A stretch of DNA of 64,000 nt from UHGV virus genome UHGV-0104313, one strand, 5' to 3'. The notes under the pieces were generated by a model that ran no database searches, was not told where the DNA came from, and saw nothing but the letters and a program-made list of their open reading frames with translations. The DNA comes from a virus. Shown here piece after piece: positions 9,789-22,970 of this stretch (the stretch's first letter is position 1; each line of letters starts with the position of its first letter). Both the position numbers and the translations under genes were made by a program.

Positions 9789-10883
9789 TCACGAGAAGCT
9801 TTTTTCTGATGTCAGCCAACAGTGCTCGTGCAAATCTCTTGGTGGTTTTTCGACAAATGCCTCTTCAGCCACATCCTGCCAGGGGATTTGTTTAGCCCAT
9901 TCAGCTATAGCGTTATGGTTTGCCGAGAATAACGGTATTGTATAGGCCTTCAGCCAGTCTAATGTGCTGGAGTTGTGTTTTTGAGCGTGATGTTTCGCAT
10001 GGTGTTTGGCGATCACGATCGTAGGCACTACCCATTTACTACCGTCAGTCATTGTGAAGTGCATATTACGGGGAACAGATGACTTTTCCATCAACTCCCG
10101 AATCCCGGGAAATTTCCCCAAGATCAATCGGCGATATTCATCGCTATTGCGCCCACCAAACTCTTTGGCTTTGAATTCAAGATATGCTTCAGAAACGAGA
10201 GGTGAATCCTCTGTGTTTAGAGTTATCGCCGTGAAAAAACCAGCAGGATTGTTTTTACTATGGGCCAACCGGTGATGCGAATCATAAAAGTACCCTTTCT
10301 CGCGTTCCGATGGTTTCGACAGCAACAGCAGGCGCGAGTCATAATTGGTTAAATTGCCAGTTATCACTGCATGAGCGCGATCGCTGATTTCCGCCGAGTT
10401 AATAACGATGAAAAGATCGTGCGGTCCAGTAAAACCAGCCAGAGACTCTTCGTTATTCAGACAATAGGTTATATAGACGCATCCCCATGTTTCACTGATA
10501 TGCACCAACCCTTTGTCAGGGTGTATTCTGAAATAATTGCCAAGAAAAGGGTGTTTTTGGGTAACTCGCTCCCAATAACGGAACATATAGTCAATTATTG
10601 TTTTTCGACTATCGTTAATCGCAGGAGAAACAACCACTGTACGGGAACACGAATACAGTATTGTTTGCAGGATGCTAATCACTGCCACAATAGAGGTTTC
10701 CCCAATACCATGTGGTGTGGTGGCAGTGACTTTGGCTCCGGTGTTCTTTATCGCGTTAATAATTTTTGCTTGATGAGGTGTTAACTCAATATCAAGCAAC
10801 TCTTTTGCTGCCAGTTCCCAATTGTCTTTATACCGTTCTATCAGTGCTAACCAGGCAGATTCATTCTGTATACGATTAATCAC
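9789..10883 (-). CDS. terminase-large-subunit (PacB)-like paralogue with degenerate ATPase motifs
   Basis: 364 aa; alignable by eye to the PacB ORF at 29908-31392 (e.g. ITGNLTNYDSRLLLLSKPSEREKGYFYDSHHRLA vs [33 protein letters not shown]); Walker A GHGTGKS replaced by PHGIGET, Walker B IIDEASG by VINSAEIS; no nuclease domain. Confidence 0.6.
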   Translation of the reverse strand: MINRIQNESAWLALIERYKDNWELAAKELLDIELTPHQAKIINAIKNTGAKVTATTPHGIGETSIVAVISILQTILYSCSRTVVVSPAINDSRKTIIDYMFRYWERVTQKHPFLGNYFRIHPDKGLVHISETWGCVYITYCLNNEESLAGFTGPHDLFIVINSAEISDRAHAVITGNLTNYDSRLLLLSKPSEREKGYFYDSHHRLAHSKNNPAGFFTAITLNTEDSPLVSEAYLEFKAKEFGGRNSDEYRRLILGKFPGIRELMEKSSVPRNMHFTMTDGSKWVVPTIVIAKHHAKHHAQKHNSSTLDWLKAYTIPLFSANHNAIAEWAKQIPWQDVAEEAFVEKPPRDLHEHCWLTSEKSFS

Positions 10884-11784
10884 TTTCCACCTCTTCCGTG
10901 GTGTTTTCTTGCAGTTCTGTTAATGCAGCACGACATAGGTTCCGGGCATTGGCTATAGCCACACTTTTGACTTCATCCGTCATCGTGCAGGTAATGTACT
11001 GATCGAGTTCTTCAGCGCGGATGATGCTTTTGCCAATCAGAAACTGTATTTGCCATAGCAGATCGGCATCCATAATCAGAATTTCTGCCGGGCCTTCAGG
11101 GCCAGCCGGGAAGGAAACATAAGACTGTTTGCCCAGGCCGACAACTCGACAACTTGCTTCAAGAATTGCGCGCTTGAGGTCTGACTTTATAACGGAAACA
11201 GGTTGATTTTCACCAGTGATTACGCCGTTGACATGGAAAGGCATGTAGCTTGAAATACGCTCCACTTTCCACACGCCAGCAAGCGATCCTTCATGCAGCA
11301 CAATGGGGGTAACCGCGAGTTTCATCTCACCATATAACTGCTGGCAGATAGCTGGATTGCTGAATACATCTAAAGGCTCACATTCAAACAGCGGCGCAAT
11401 CTGCATGAGGTCCATCATGGTCATCCCTGGGGTACGAGCAGTAATGAATTTGCGCATACCAGTATCCATTGCGCTCCAGATTGCTACACCATGCTTTTTG
11501 CTCACTTCTTCAGTAAAGCCAAGGTGGCACATGATGGTTTTTTCGATAGCCAGATCGGAGATAGAAACCTTTTCGCCAGGTACACCATCATTATTGATGG
11601 TCACTTCGACACTCTGGCCATTACGCAGGCGGTATTGAATTGTTTTAGTATTTTGTGCTGCCATAGTCTTTTCTCTGCTTAAAAACTGATGTATTGCGCC
11701 TTCAGGTGGGTCAGGAATGTTTTCCCACCAGCGAAAGCAATATCTCGGGGTGTTCTGTTCGTTAAAAACGCGTTCCATTGCCAA
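10876..11784 (-). CDS. hypothetical protein (ssb operon)
   Basis: 302-aa ORF between ssb and the terminase-like paralogue; true start may be the internal Met (MAAQNTKT). Confidence 0.4.
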   Translation of the reverse strand: MAMERVFNEQNTPRYCFRWWENIPDPPEGAIHQFLSREKTMAAQNTKTIQYRLRNGQSVEVTINNDGVPGEKVSISDLAIEKTIMCHLGFTEEVSKKHGVAIWSAMDTGMRKFITARTPGMTMMDLMQIAPLFECEPLDVFSNPAICQQLYGEMKLAVTPIVLHEGSLAGVWKVERISSYMPFHVNGVITGENQPVSVIKSDLKRAILEASCRVVGLGKQSYVSFPAGPEGPAEILIMDADLLWQIQFLIGKSIIRAEELDQYITCTMTDEVKSVAIANARNLCRAALTELQENTTEEVESD

Positions 11785-11866
11785 CTTTGGCGTTTTTTAG
11801 CGAGTTCGTGCTTTTGTTGGCGTTTGGACCACCGCTTTTCTTTCAGTCGTTTTTTACTCATAAACT

Positions 11867-12355
11867 CTAAAACGGAATATCGTCTTCAAAGTCCATTGGA
11901 GGTTCGTTATTGGCGCTGCTCTGAGGTTTGCCACCACCGCTGTATTGCTGGTGGTTTTGAGGTTGGTTTGACTGCCCCCAGCCATTTGAGGACTGTGAAT
12001 CGTCGCGGCGAGCGCCGATCATTTGCATGGTGCCGCCCTGGCTGACGATAATTTCCGTCGTGTAACGTTCTACACCGGCGTCATCTGTCCACTTACGGGT
12101 TTTAAGTTTCCCTTCGATGTAGACCTGAGAACCTTTTCGTAAATACTCACTCGCAATTTCAGCAAGTTTTCCGAACAAAACGACTTTATGCCATTCTGTT
12201 TGCTCTTTCTGTTGGCCCGTTTGCTTGTCGCGCCATGATTCATTCGTTGCGATGCTGAGTCTTCCGACCGCGCCGCCATTTGGTATATACCTGATCTCCG
12301 GGTCTTGCCCCAGGGTACCAATCAGGATGACTTTGTTTACACCGCGTTGTGCCAC
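11867..12355 (-). CDS. ssb: single-stranded DNA-binding protein
   Basis: 162 aa; OB-fold region, Gly/Gln-rich linker and C-terminal DFEDDIPF tail typical of bacterial SSB. Confidence 0.92.
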   Translation of the reverse strand: MAQRGVNKVILIGTLGQDPEIRYIPNGGAVGRLSIATNESWRDKQTGQQKEQTEWHKVVLFGKLAEIASEYLRKGSQVYIEGKLKTRKWTDDAGVERYTTEIIVSQGGTMQMIGARRDDSQSSNGWGQSNQPQNHQQYSGGGKPQSSANNEPPMDFEDDIPF

Positions 12356-12374
12356 TTATCTTACCTAATAAAAT

Positions 12375-12391
12375 AAATTAATTAGAGCAAT
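12375..12391. promoter_or_regulatory. C1 repressor operator
   Basis: aaattaattagagcaat = 16/17 to reverse complement of ATTGCTCTAATAAATTT; just upstream of ssb. Confidence 0.55.
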
Positions 12392-12523
12392 AATGTATAT
12401 CTTTGAAACGTAGCTAACAAGTGATTTGCATTATCCTGTGTCTTCTAAAGGGATCGAGTCAGTCGGTATTGGCTGTGAATGGGTGTTTGTCCTGGAGCGT
12501 AAAAATTCGCTTATGAGGTCTTT

Positions 12524-13081
12524 ATGAAGGGAAAAACAGCCGCAGGAGGCGGTGCAATTTGCGCTATCGCGGTGATGATTACCATCGTGATGGGTAATGG
12601 CAATGTGCGAACCAACCAGGCGGGGCTTGAGCTTATCGGAAACGCTGAAGGTTGCCGACGTGACCCATACATGTGCCCGGCGGGTGTATGGACTGACGGG
12701 ATTGGTAATACACACGGGGTAACGCCGGGCGTGCGAAAAACCGACCAGCAAATCGCCGCTGATTGGGAAAAGAATATCCTGATCGCTGAACGCTGTATTA
12801 ACCAGCACTTCCGGGGCAAAGACATGCCCGATAATGCCTTTAGCGCAATGACAAGCGCGGCATTCAATATGGGATGCAATAGTTTACGGACCTACTACAG
12901 CAAAGCGCGAGGCATGCGAGTAGAAACGTCCATCCACAAGTGGGCGCAGAAAGGAGAATGGGTGAATATGTGTAACCATCTCCCTGATTTCGTGAACAGT
13001 AACGGCGTGCCCCTGCGAGGTTTAAAGATTCGCCGTGAAAAAGAACGCCAGCTTTGCCTGACGGGACTGGTCAATGAATAA
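12524..13081 (+). CDS. lyz: endolysin, T4-lysozyme-like with N-terminal hydrophobic (SAR-like) segment
   Basis: 185 aa; hydrophobic N-terminus then E-x8-C/D-x5-T catalytic-triad spacing (ELIGNAEGCRRDPYMCPAGVWTDGIGNTHG). Confidence 0.8.
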   Translation: MKGKTAAGGGAICAIAVMITIVMGNGNVRTNQAGLELIGNAEGCRRDPYMCPAGVWTDGIGNTHGVTPGVRKTDQQIAADWEKNILIAERCINQHFRGKDMPDNAFSAMTSAAFNMGCNSLRTYYSKARGMRVETSIHKWAQKGEWVNMCNHLPDFVNSNGVPLRGLKIRREKERQLCLTGLVNE

Positions 13082-13328
13082 ACTCCGGCAGCTCCGCCGA
13101 CTTTCGACAATGAAGTTATCGCTGGCGGCGATAGTTTTCGACTCGATTTTCATGGCGGTATATGTGCTCAATGAGACGTGGCCACTGGAACCGCTATTAT
13201 ATGCCGGGCTTCGGCTGTGCCTGACATTTTTGAGCATGGCTGCAAGATTGATGCAGCAGAAAGAAACCGCTTCAGATTGCCCACGTCGCGCGGTGCGAAA
13301 ATATATGGCACGCAGACGAAGGCGATAA
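13074..13328 (+). CDS. small membrane protein downstream of lysozyme (lysis accessory?)
   Basis: 84 aa with one hydrophobic helix and Arg-rich C-terminus; overlaps lyz stop. Confidence 0.3.
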   Translation: MNKLRQLRRLSTMKLSLAAIVFDSIFMAVYVLNETWPLEPLLYAGLRLCLTFLSMAARLMQQKETASDCPRRAVRKYMARRRRR

Positions 13329-13341
13329 TAGTTAACGAGAA

Positions 13342-13367
13342 CCCCGGCAGCCGCCGGGGTTATTTTT
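13342..13367 (+). terminator. rho-independent terminator
   Basis: ccccggc-agcc-gccgggg stem-loop followed by ttattttt. Confidence 0.6.
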
Positions 13368-13372
13368 GATGG

Positions 13373-16103
<2,731 letters not shown>

Positions 16104-16169
16104 TTAATTAGAATAATTCGCATCGTGTTTGAACGGAATTTAACACTAGTCACTTGTTAAGGATTACCA

Positions 16170-19100
16170 ATGAACAAGCTATCTATGGGGGTGTTTCGCT
16201 GTTCAAGTGTCAGCGAAATATTGAAATACATTAGGGCAATAACATCTCACCGAGCGCCGATTAGATACGGCGTGGAAAAGGTGGAAGGCAAAAGCTATGA
16301 CCGACTACGCCGGGAGGCGAATCAGAAGGCGATTGATTTGCTTAATTCGCTGGTGGACGGCGCGACACTGACAGATGAACAGCGCCAGATCCTGGCTGGG
16401 TACACCGGTGAAGGCGGCATTGGCGGGTCCGTCTCCGAATATTACACACCAAAGCCGATCGCTGAAGGTGTCTGGGAGATCATGAAGCTCTACGGCGCGG
16501 ACGTAGGTAACACTCTGGAACCATCGGCGGGAACCGGCGTTTTTAATGAGACAAAACCGGTTGGTACGGTGATGACCGCGACTGAGATCAGCAGTGTTTC
16601 CGGTCGTATAAACCAGTTGTTACACCCGGAAGACAGCGTACAGATTTCCCCGTTCGAACAGCTGGCTATAAGCACGCCTAACGATTCATTCGACCATGTT
16701 GTGGGTAACGTTCCGTTCGGCGGTCGTGATAACACACGCAACATCGATAAGCCTTACGCAGAAGAAACGGACATGGGTTCTTACTTCATGCTCCGCATGC
16801 TGGACAAGATAAAGCCAGGCGGATTCATGTGCGTGATTGTGCCGCCGTCCATTGTTTCAGGTTCAAACATGAAGCGGTTACGCCTGCGCCTATCACGGAA
16901 AGCTGAATTTCTTGGTGCCCACCGCTTGCCTACCGGTACTTTTGACGCAAACGGGACCAGTACAGTCGTTGATGTGGTGCTGATGCGCAAACATCCGGCA
17001 GAGATGGCTGAGAAAATCCCCCTGGTGGATGAAAGCACTCTTGAATCGGCAAATGTGCTTTGGCCAACGTTTATTTCTGGCAAGTGGTTTGAAAAGGATG
17101 GCCGCCGGTTTGTTCATGGCACCCAGGAAAAGGGCTTCCAGGGGCGTATTGAGGTTCGTGCCGACGGTCAGATTGATAACCAGGCTCTTAAAGCGAAGCT
17201 GATTCATCGTTTCGAAAGCCGTATCGACTGGTCTTTGCTCGATATGGCTGAACCGTCACTGACCGCAGACGTTGTTGGTGAAGGGGAAATGCGCCTGATT
17301 AATGGCGTATGGCAAAAATATGCTGGTGGTCGCTGGATTGAAGCTGATGCCGGGAAGGAACTTAAAATTGATGCTGCCAGTTATGGCGCGGATAGCTGGG
17401 AGGCTCTTCAGCGTAACCTGACTACAACAGAAGGCCGTCTCGGTATGACATTTACCCAGATGGCAAATGTCCGCGATAAGTACACCACATCAATCAGCGA
17501 CGATATGGTGCAGCTGGTGGACTGGATTAACAGCCAGCCTGAAAAATACCGTGAACGCTTGTATCGTGGGGCGATGATTGGCCGGATGTTAATTGAATAT
17601 CAGGATATGAAGGCCGCCGGGCATAGTGCTGAACAAATCGAACAGCAGCGCCTTTCTCTGGTATCCCGTTTGCAGGCAGAGATTGACCGTTTTGGTAACC
17701 CTGGTCGCGGTCCGATAGCTAAATTATCGGGAAGCGGTGCGCGCGCCTGGTTTGCTTTCCGTGGTGCAATTAAGCTGGATGGCACTATTTCTGACGAGCT
17801 GACAGGAAAGCTGGTTACGCATGATTCCAGCGCCAGTTATGACTCCACCAGCTATCAGGACACCCTGCGTTATCTCTATAGCGATCTTACCCGCGATCCA
17901 ATCCAGCTCGATGATTTCCGCCTTGCGTTTACCGGCGAATTGCCAGCCAGTGATGAAGAGTTGCTTAATTTATTGGCCAGCACTCCTGGTATTGCGGTTT
18001 CACCGTATGGCGGGATTGTTCCGTTCGCCCGCGCCACCAGCGGCGACATTAACGAGATAGTGGCTCCAAAACAGGAATTCCTCGCCACGCTCCCCGACGG
18101 TCCAGTAAAGAACAACGTCCTTAATCAGCTGGCAGCGATCGAAGAGAAGCGCATCAAGACGCCAGCAGAGAATATCCGGTTTAAGCTCAATAGCCGTTGG
18201 TTCGACCGTTCCGTCATTCTGGAGTTTTTGCAGGAAAACGGCTATCCGGATCTGCGCTATGTGCAGTCAGTGCAGCTGGAAGGCGACGAAATGGTTTCTG
18301 ACACCTATCACGGTGGTGATGGCCTGTTCGTCGGGCACCGATACGGTGTCGTCCAGCGCAAGGATAAAGAAACAGGCGAGATCCGCTACGAGTGGGACCG
18401 TAAATCAGGTGAAAACGCGACCGGGTTCCCGGCACAGCTGGAAAAGTATCTCAATGGTGCGCGTATCGGTGGCAAAGATAGCGCGACGGCGAACGGCTAC
18501 CGCGAGCAGATGGCACTGCTTGAGGACCAGTTCAATAAGTGGATCAAGACGCACGATCGCTACGATGAACTGGTTGCCAAATACAACGATGTGTTCAATA
18601 GCAATATCCCGTATGAACACTCTGGCGATCCGCTTGGGTTGAAGGGATTAAGCGGTAAGCGCCAGCCATTTGATTACCAGAATAGCGAAGTGCGCCGACT
18701 GTCCGAAGATGGGCGCGGCATCCTGGGCTTCGGCACCGGGCTGGGTAAAACTACGACCGCGCTGGCGCTTGAGGCGTTCAACTATGAGAACGGTCGCTCC
18801 ACCCGTACTGCGTATGTAGTGCCTAAATCAGTGCTGGAAAACTGGTATTACGAAGCAAAAGAATTCCTGAGTGAAGAGGCATTCAGTAACTACCTGTTCG
18901 TCGGTCTTGATGTGCTGATGGATGGCGATCAGATTCGCCAGGTGCCGGTGCTCGATGAGAACGGTAAACCTGTTCTTGGTACTGATGGCACTCCAGTTAT
19001 GCGCGATGCCCTAAAACTGGCAGATGAAGCCACTATCACGGCGCGGATGAACGCGATCCCGCACTCAAATTACCGTGCAGTCGTGTTTACCAAAGAACAA

Positions 19101-22100
19101 TACGCCCGCATTCCGCTACGTGATGACACCGTAGATGAGCATGCACAGGATATGCTTTATGACTTCGTTGCCGCCGGGCGCGTAGCCAGCGCAATGGACT
19201 CCGACTCCCACCGCAAAGAGGCCGCGCGTCGCCGGGTATTGTCGGAGTATTCAGATACCGGCACCGAAAAAGCAGAGAAGTATCCGTACTTTGAGGATAT
19301 GGGCTTCGATAGTGTGATCGCTGACGAAGGTCACAACTACCGCAATAGCTATAAAAATGGTCGCGAAGCGTCACAACTGGCCTATCTGCCCACCAGCGCG
19401 GTGGCGCAATCGGCGCGGGATATGGCAATTAAAAACGCGTACCTGATGAAAAAGAATGGTGGGCGCGGACCGGTTCTCCTGACTGCAACGCCAGTCGTTA
19501 ACACCCCGATCGATGCATACAACATGCTTTCTCATGTGCTGCCGAAGGAATACTGGCAGAAGATGGGGATCTACGGTCCTGATGACTTCGTTAAATTCTT
19601 CGGCAAGACCAGGCTGGAAACGGTACAGAAAATCAGCGGTGAAGTTGAAGAAAAAATGGCGCTGGTGGGCTTTGAAAACCTTGATGCGCTGCGCGGCATA
19701 TTCCATCGCTGGACAACGCTTAAAACGGCGGAAGACGTTAAGGATACCGTGGAGATCCCGGAACTGGACGAACACCAGCAGGATGCACCACTTACGGAAG
19801 AACAACTGGCGGCGTATGAAGAATTGCGTCAGCAGGCGGAAGCGGCAGCCAAAGCCAACAATGGCGTAACGACCTCGGTCAATGAAGACGGCGTGATTGA
19901 GCACGAGAAAGCCCGTCCGATCTTCTCAATAATCAGGGATATGGACCGCGTATGTACTGACATGGACCTGTACTATCGCAGGATCACCTATCGTTTCCTG
20001 CCGGAGTACGCCGATGCGGTGCAGCAGCTGGCGGACAGTTTGCCTAAACAAGCCACCAGCGAAGACGACGACAGTGATGATTCGATCACGCAGCAATCGC
20101 AATACTCCCTGATAGATAAGGGCGAGTTTATTCAGTTGCAGGTACCGGAAGCATTTGAGCAGGAAGTGAATAAGCGCCTGGCCAAGTTTGGCATTGACGA
20201 ACAGACCGTAACTCACCCCGTTACGCCCAAATACGCGAAGCTGATTGCCACGCTGAAGGAGTTTTTCCCGGAAGGTAAGCAAATCATCTTCACCGATGAA
20301 AAAACGCAACACCAGAAGCTCAAGCGCATTATCTGCAATGCTCTTAACCTTGAACCTTCAAAGGTGGGGATCCTGAATGCTCAGACGGTTGCCGAGGCAG
20401 GTAAAACCGGTAAGAAACTGAAAGCGGTTAAACCGCCGAAAGAGCTACCGGATGAACCAACAGATGCACAGATAGCGAAATACAACGAGCAAATGGCTCT
20501 GTATGACGCCTATATCGCGCAGCAAAATGAAATGTCGCTGGGTGGGCTGGAAAAGATTGCTGCCGACTTCCAGGAGGGCCGGACTCCGATCATCATCTGC
20601 AACAAAAAGGCAGAGGTGGGTATCAACCTGCATCGAGGAACGACGGATATCCACCACCTGACGTTGCCGTGGACACCAGCCAGTATCGCACAACGTAACG
20701 GTCGCGGTGCACGAGTTGGCTCCAACCGTGCAAGCGTTCGCGTTCACTACTACTGCGGCAAGGGGTCTTTCGATGAATACCGACTGAAGACGCTGAAGCG
20801 TAAAGCAGGCTGGATCTCCGATATCCTCCGTTCAGATAAGTCAGAAATGGAGAACGCCGACGCCAATGACATGATCGAAATGCAGATGTATACCGCGAAG
20901 GATGACGGCGAACGTCTGGTAATGATGCAGGTTCAAATGGATAAGGCGAAAGCTGCGAAACGCGCTCGCCAGAAAGAACAGGCTACTATCGACCTTCAGA
21001 ACTACATCAAGGCGCAGCACGCAGCTGGTGAGGATGTGGAGGTACTTACCGCTGAATTGGAGCGAAGCAAAGCGGAACTTGAAAAGACCACCGCCGACGT
21101 CGCCAAATTCAAACAGGCGGTAATGGCCAAAGCAGCTGATAACGCAGACTGGAAAGCCCGCTGGGGTAGCGTCCATCACACAGACCGTATGTTGTTAGCA
21201 CAGTATCGCGCGTCGTTGAAAAGCGCCATTCAGCGCAAGGCTAATATCTCTCAGGCCATCTCCCGCTATGAGAAATTATTGAACCGTACTCAGAAGGCCG
21301 CGACGGATATCAAACGCCTGCGCCCGCTGGTGGAGGATGCAATAAATAAAGGCATTCTGGATGTTGATCCTGATCTGGTTAACCATGCGAATGAGTTCCT
21401 TGTTATCGGCGATCGCTCATGGCGTGTAGGCCAATACTATGATTGTGCCGGTGATATCGTTCGCATTAAGTCGCTGGACTTCGACAGCCAGCGCGCAGAC
21501 GTGGAGATCATCTTTACCTTCAAAGGCACCAAATCGGGTAACTGGGATGTGAAGACGCTGGATAAACAGGTTGATGTAACTCCCGATGAAGATGCTGTTA
21601 TGCAGAAAATCAGTGGTGGCGTCTCCATCGCCGGGATTAACGACATCATTTCCTGTGACGATTTCTACCGTTTCCAGCAGCGCGGCATGATCAAAATCAC
21701 TGACTCATACGGCGTTCAGACTACAGAGTCAGGCTATAGCATTGATTTTGTTGGTTCCTATACGGCCCCACTGAAGCATGCGGTTTACCCGGATCGCCGT
21801 GACGGCGCGCTGAAGTCGTCAATTGCAAAATGGGTGCTTGGTATGATGTCGGAAGGGAATAACCGCCAGATCCGTTCGGCAGAAACATTCCTGGTTGAAT
21901 TGTTTGGCTCCAATTATGGCGATGTAATCGCGTCATACGGAGATACGCTATCCCCTGAAGCAATTCAGGAGAAAATAGCGGATGCGATCGCAAAAATGCC
22001 GGAGAAAACAAGCCAGGGGGCTACTCGTAACGGGGATTCTGAACTTGAGGTCACCAATGCCATTTTCGGTACCCATGAGTTCCGGGCGTCAGATTATGAG

Positions 22101-22937
22101 ATCACCACAGCACAGTTTGGCACCATTGGCATTTACAGCAATAAAGCCGAGATCAAGCAGGCAATGGACTCAGCAAGCGCGCGCATCGCAGCAGAACGGG
22201 AAGCCAATCTGAATCATGCAGTCGCCGCACTGACTCAATCATGGGTAACAGCAATCAGGGAGGCCGCCACCACAGGGAAAATCACACCTGCAATTGCGGA
22301 TGTCGTAAACGACGGCTCTAAATTTATGGATGCCTATCAAATGGATGCGGTGCAGTTGCCATCAGCCTATGGCCAACTCAGCTATCGCATGACCTACAAC
22401 CTGGTATCAATGTTTTCCGACCTTGCCATCCTTGGGCTGGTGGATCTTAACGAGGTTACGCCGGAATTGCTCAGCATGCGCAAGAATCATGTGGAGATAT
22501 TGCAGAGAATTAACACGGTTCTTGCCGGGCGCACCGATGAAGAGAAACAGGCCGACGCTGATCGGATAAACCTGGCCCTTGGCAACATCACGGAGGAAGA
22601 AATTGCCGCCAGAAACGAGAAACAAGAAGAGTTATCATCAATACAGGGTGATGCCACCAGCATAGCTCAGTCTCTTGGTCTGAATTATCGCGTATCCACC
22701 GCCGACCTGAAGATGATGTACGCACCAAAATTCGCCGCTGGCGAGGTATTTGGGCTTCAGGAAGCCTCAGGCATGAAAGGCGTTCTTTTCCGTGCGAAAG
22801 ACGCAATCAAGGCGAAATTCGGCGCTCGCTGGCTGCCAGCGAAGGCGAAGAACAGCGATTTCCCGGGTAACTGGTGGATTATCGAGACAAAACACAACGT
22901 GGCGGACGTTCTGGCCGTCATCCAACAATACGCATAA
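16170..22937 (+). CDS. darB: DarB anti-restriction protein (N6-adenine methyltransferase fused to DExH helicase)
   Basis: 2255 aa (same length I recall for P1 DarB); GNVPFGG MTase motif, GFGTGLGKTT Walker A and DEGHNYRN motif II. Confidence 0.8.
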   Translation: MNKLSMGVFRCSSVSEILKYIRAITSHRAPIRYGVEKVEGKSYDRLRREANQKAIDLLNSLVDGATLTDEQRQILAGYTGEGGIGGSVSEYYTPKPIAEGVWEIMKLYGADVGNTLEPSAGTGVFNETKPVGTVMTATEISSVSGRINQLLHPEDSVQISPFEQLAISTPNDSFDHVVGNVPFGGRDNTRNIDKPYAEETDMGSYFMLRMLDKIKPGGFMCVIVPPSIVSGSNMKRLRLRLSRKAEFLGAHRLPTGTFDANGTSTVVDVVLMRKHPAEMAEKIPLVDESTLESANVLWPTFISGKWFEKDGRRFVHGTQEKGFQGRIEVRADGQIDNQALKAKLIHRFESRIDWSLLDMAEPSLTADVVGEGEMRLINGVWQKYAGGRWIEADAGKELKIDAASYGADSWEALQRNLTTTEGRLGMTFTQMANVRDKYTTSISDDMVQLVDWINSQPEKYRERLYRGAMIGRMLIEYQDMKAAGHSAEQIEQQRLSLVSRLQAEIDRFGNPGRGPIAKLSGSGARAWFAFRGAIKLDGTISDELTGKLVTHDSSASYDSTSYQDTLRYLYSDLTRDPIQLDDFRLAFTGELPASDEELLNLLASTPGIAVSPYGGIVPFARATSGDINEIVAPKQEFLATLPDGPVKNNVLNQLAAIEEKRIKTPAENIRFKLNSRWFDRSVILEFLQENGYPDLRYVQSVQLEGDEMVSDTYHGGDGLFVGHRYGVVQRKDKETGEIRYEWDRKSGENATGFPAQLEKYLNGARIGGKDSATANGYREQMALLEDQFNKWIKTHDRYDELVAKYNDVFNSNIPYEHSGDPLGLKGLSGKRQPFDYQNSEVRRLSEDGRGILGFGTGLGKTTTALALEAFNYENGRSTRTAYVVPKSVLENWYYEAKEFLSEEAFSNYLFVGLDVLMDGDQIRQVPVLDENGKPVLGTDGTPVMRDALKLADEATITARMNAIPHSNYRAVVFTKEQYARIPLRDDTVDEHAQDMLYDFVAAGRVASAMDSDSHRKEAARRRVLSEYSDTGTEKAEKYPYFEDMGFDSVIADEGHNYRNSYKNGREASQLAYLPTSAVAQSARDMAIKNAYLMKKNGGRGPVLLTATPVVNTPIDAYNMLSHVLPKEYWQKMGIYGPDDFVKFFGKTRLETVQKISGEVEEKMALVGFENLDALRGIFHRWTTLKTAEDVKDTVEIPELDEHQQDAPLTEEQLAAYEELRQQAEAAAKANNGVTTSVNEDGVIEHEKARPIFSIIRDMDRVCTDMDLYYRRITYRFLPEYADAVQQLADSLPKQATSEDDDSDDSITQQSQYSLIDKGEFIQLQVPEAFEQEVNKRLAKFGIDEQTVTHPVTPKYAKLIATLKEFFPEGKQIIFTDEKTQHQKLKRIICNALNLEPSKVGILNAQTVAEAGKTGKKLKAVKPPKELPDEPTDAQIAKYNEQMALYDAYIAQQNEMSLGGLEKIAADFQEGRTPIIICNKKAEVGINLHRGTTDIHHLTLPWTPASIAQRNGRGARVGSNRASVRVHYYCGKGSFDEYRLKTLKRKAGWISDILRSDKSEMENADANDMIEMQMYTAKDDGERLVMMQVQMDKAKAAKRARQKEQATIDLQNYIKAQHAAGEDVEVLTAELERSKAELEKTTADVAKFKQAVMAKAADNADWKARWGSVHHTDRMLLAQYRASLKSAIQRKANISQAISRYEKLLNRTQKAATDIKRLRPLVEDAINKGILDVDPDLVNHANEFLVIGDRSWRVGQYYDCAGDIVRIKSLDFDSQRADVEIIFTFKGTKSGNWDVKTLDKQVDVTPDEDAVMQKISGGVSIAGINDIISCDDFYRFQQRGMIKITDSYGVQTTESGYSIDFVGSYTAPLKHAVYPDRRDGALKSSIAKWVLGMMSEGNNRQIRSAETFLVELFGSNYGDVIASYGDTLSPEAIQEKIADAIAKMPEKTSQGATRNGDSELEVTNAIFGTHEFRASDYEITTAQFGTIGIYSNKAEIKQAMDSASARIAAEREANLNHAVAALTQSWVTAIREAATTGKITPAIADVVNDGSKFMDAYQMDAVQLPSAYGQLSYRMTYNLVSMFSDLAILGLVDLNEVTPELLSMRKNHVEILQRINTVLAGRTDEEKQADADRINLALGNITEEEIAARNEKQEELSSIQGDATSIAQSLGLNYRVSTADLKMMYAPKFAAGEVFGLQEASGMKGVLFRAKDAIKAKFGARWLPAKAKNSDFPGNWWIIETKHNVADVLAVIQQYA

Positions 22938-22970
22938 CAGGAGCGCCCGGTTCGCCGGGCGTCGCATAAT

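Noticed and set aside
16490-22806. Numerous 60-180-aa ORFs on the strand opposite to darB (and similar antisense ORFs inside darA, ddrB, dmt, ban, prt)
   Set aside because: They are fully embedded in long, motif-bearing genes on the other strand and have no RBS or recognisable motifs; typical shadow ORFs.
22938-22970. Hairpin CGCCCGG-TTCG-CCGGGCG immediately after darB as a terminator
   Set aside because: No U-tract and it sits in the 33-nt spacer before the next co-oriented gene; more likely a stabilising or RBS-context structure than a terminator.
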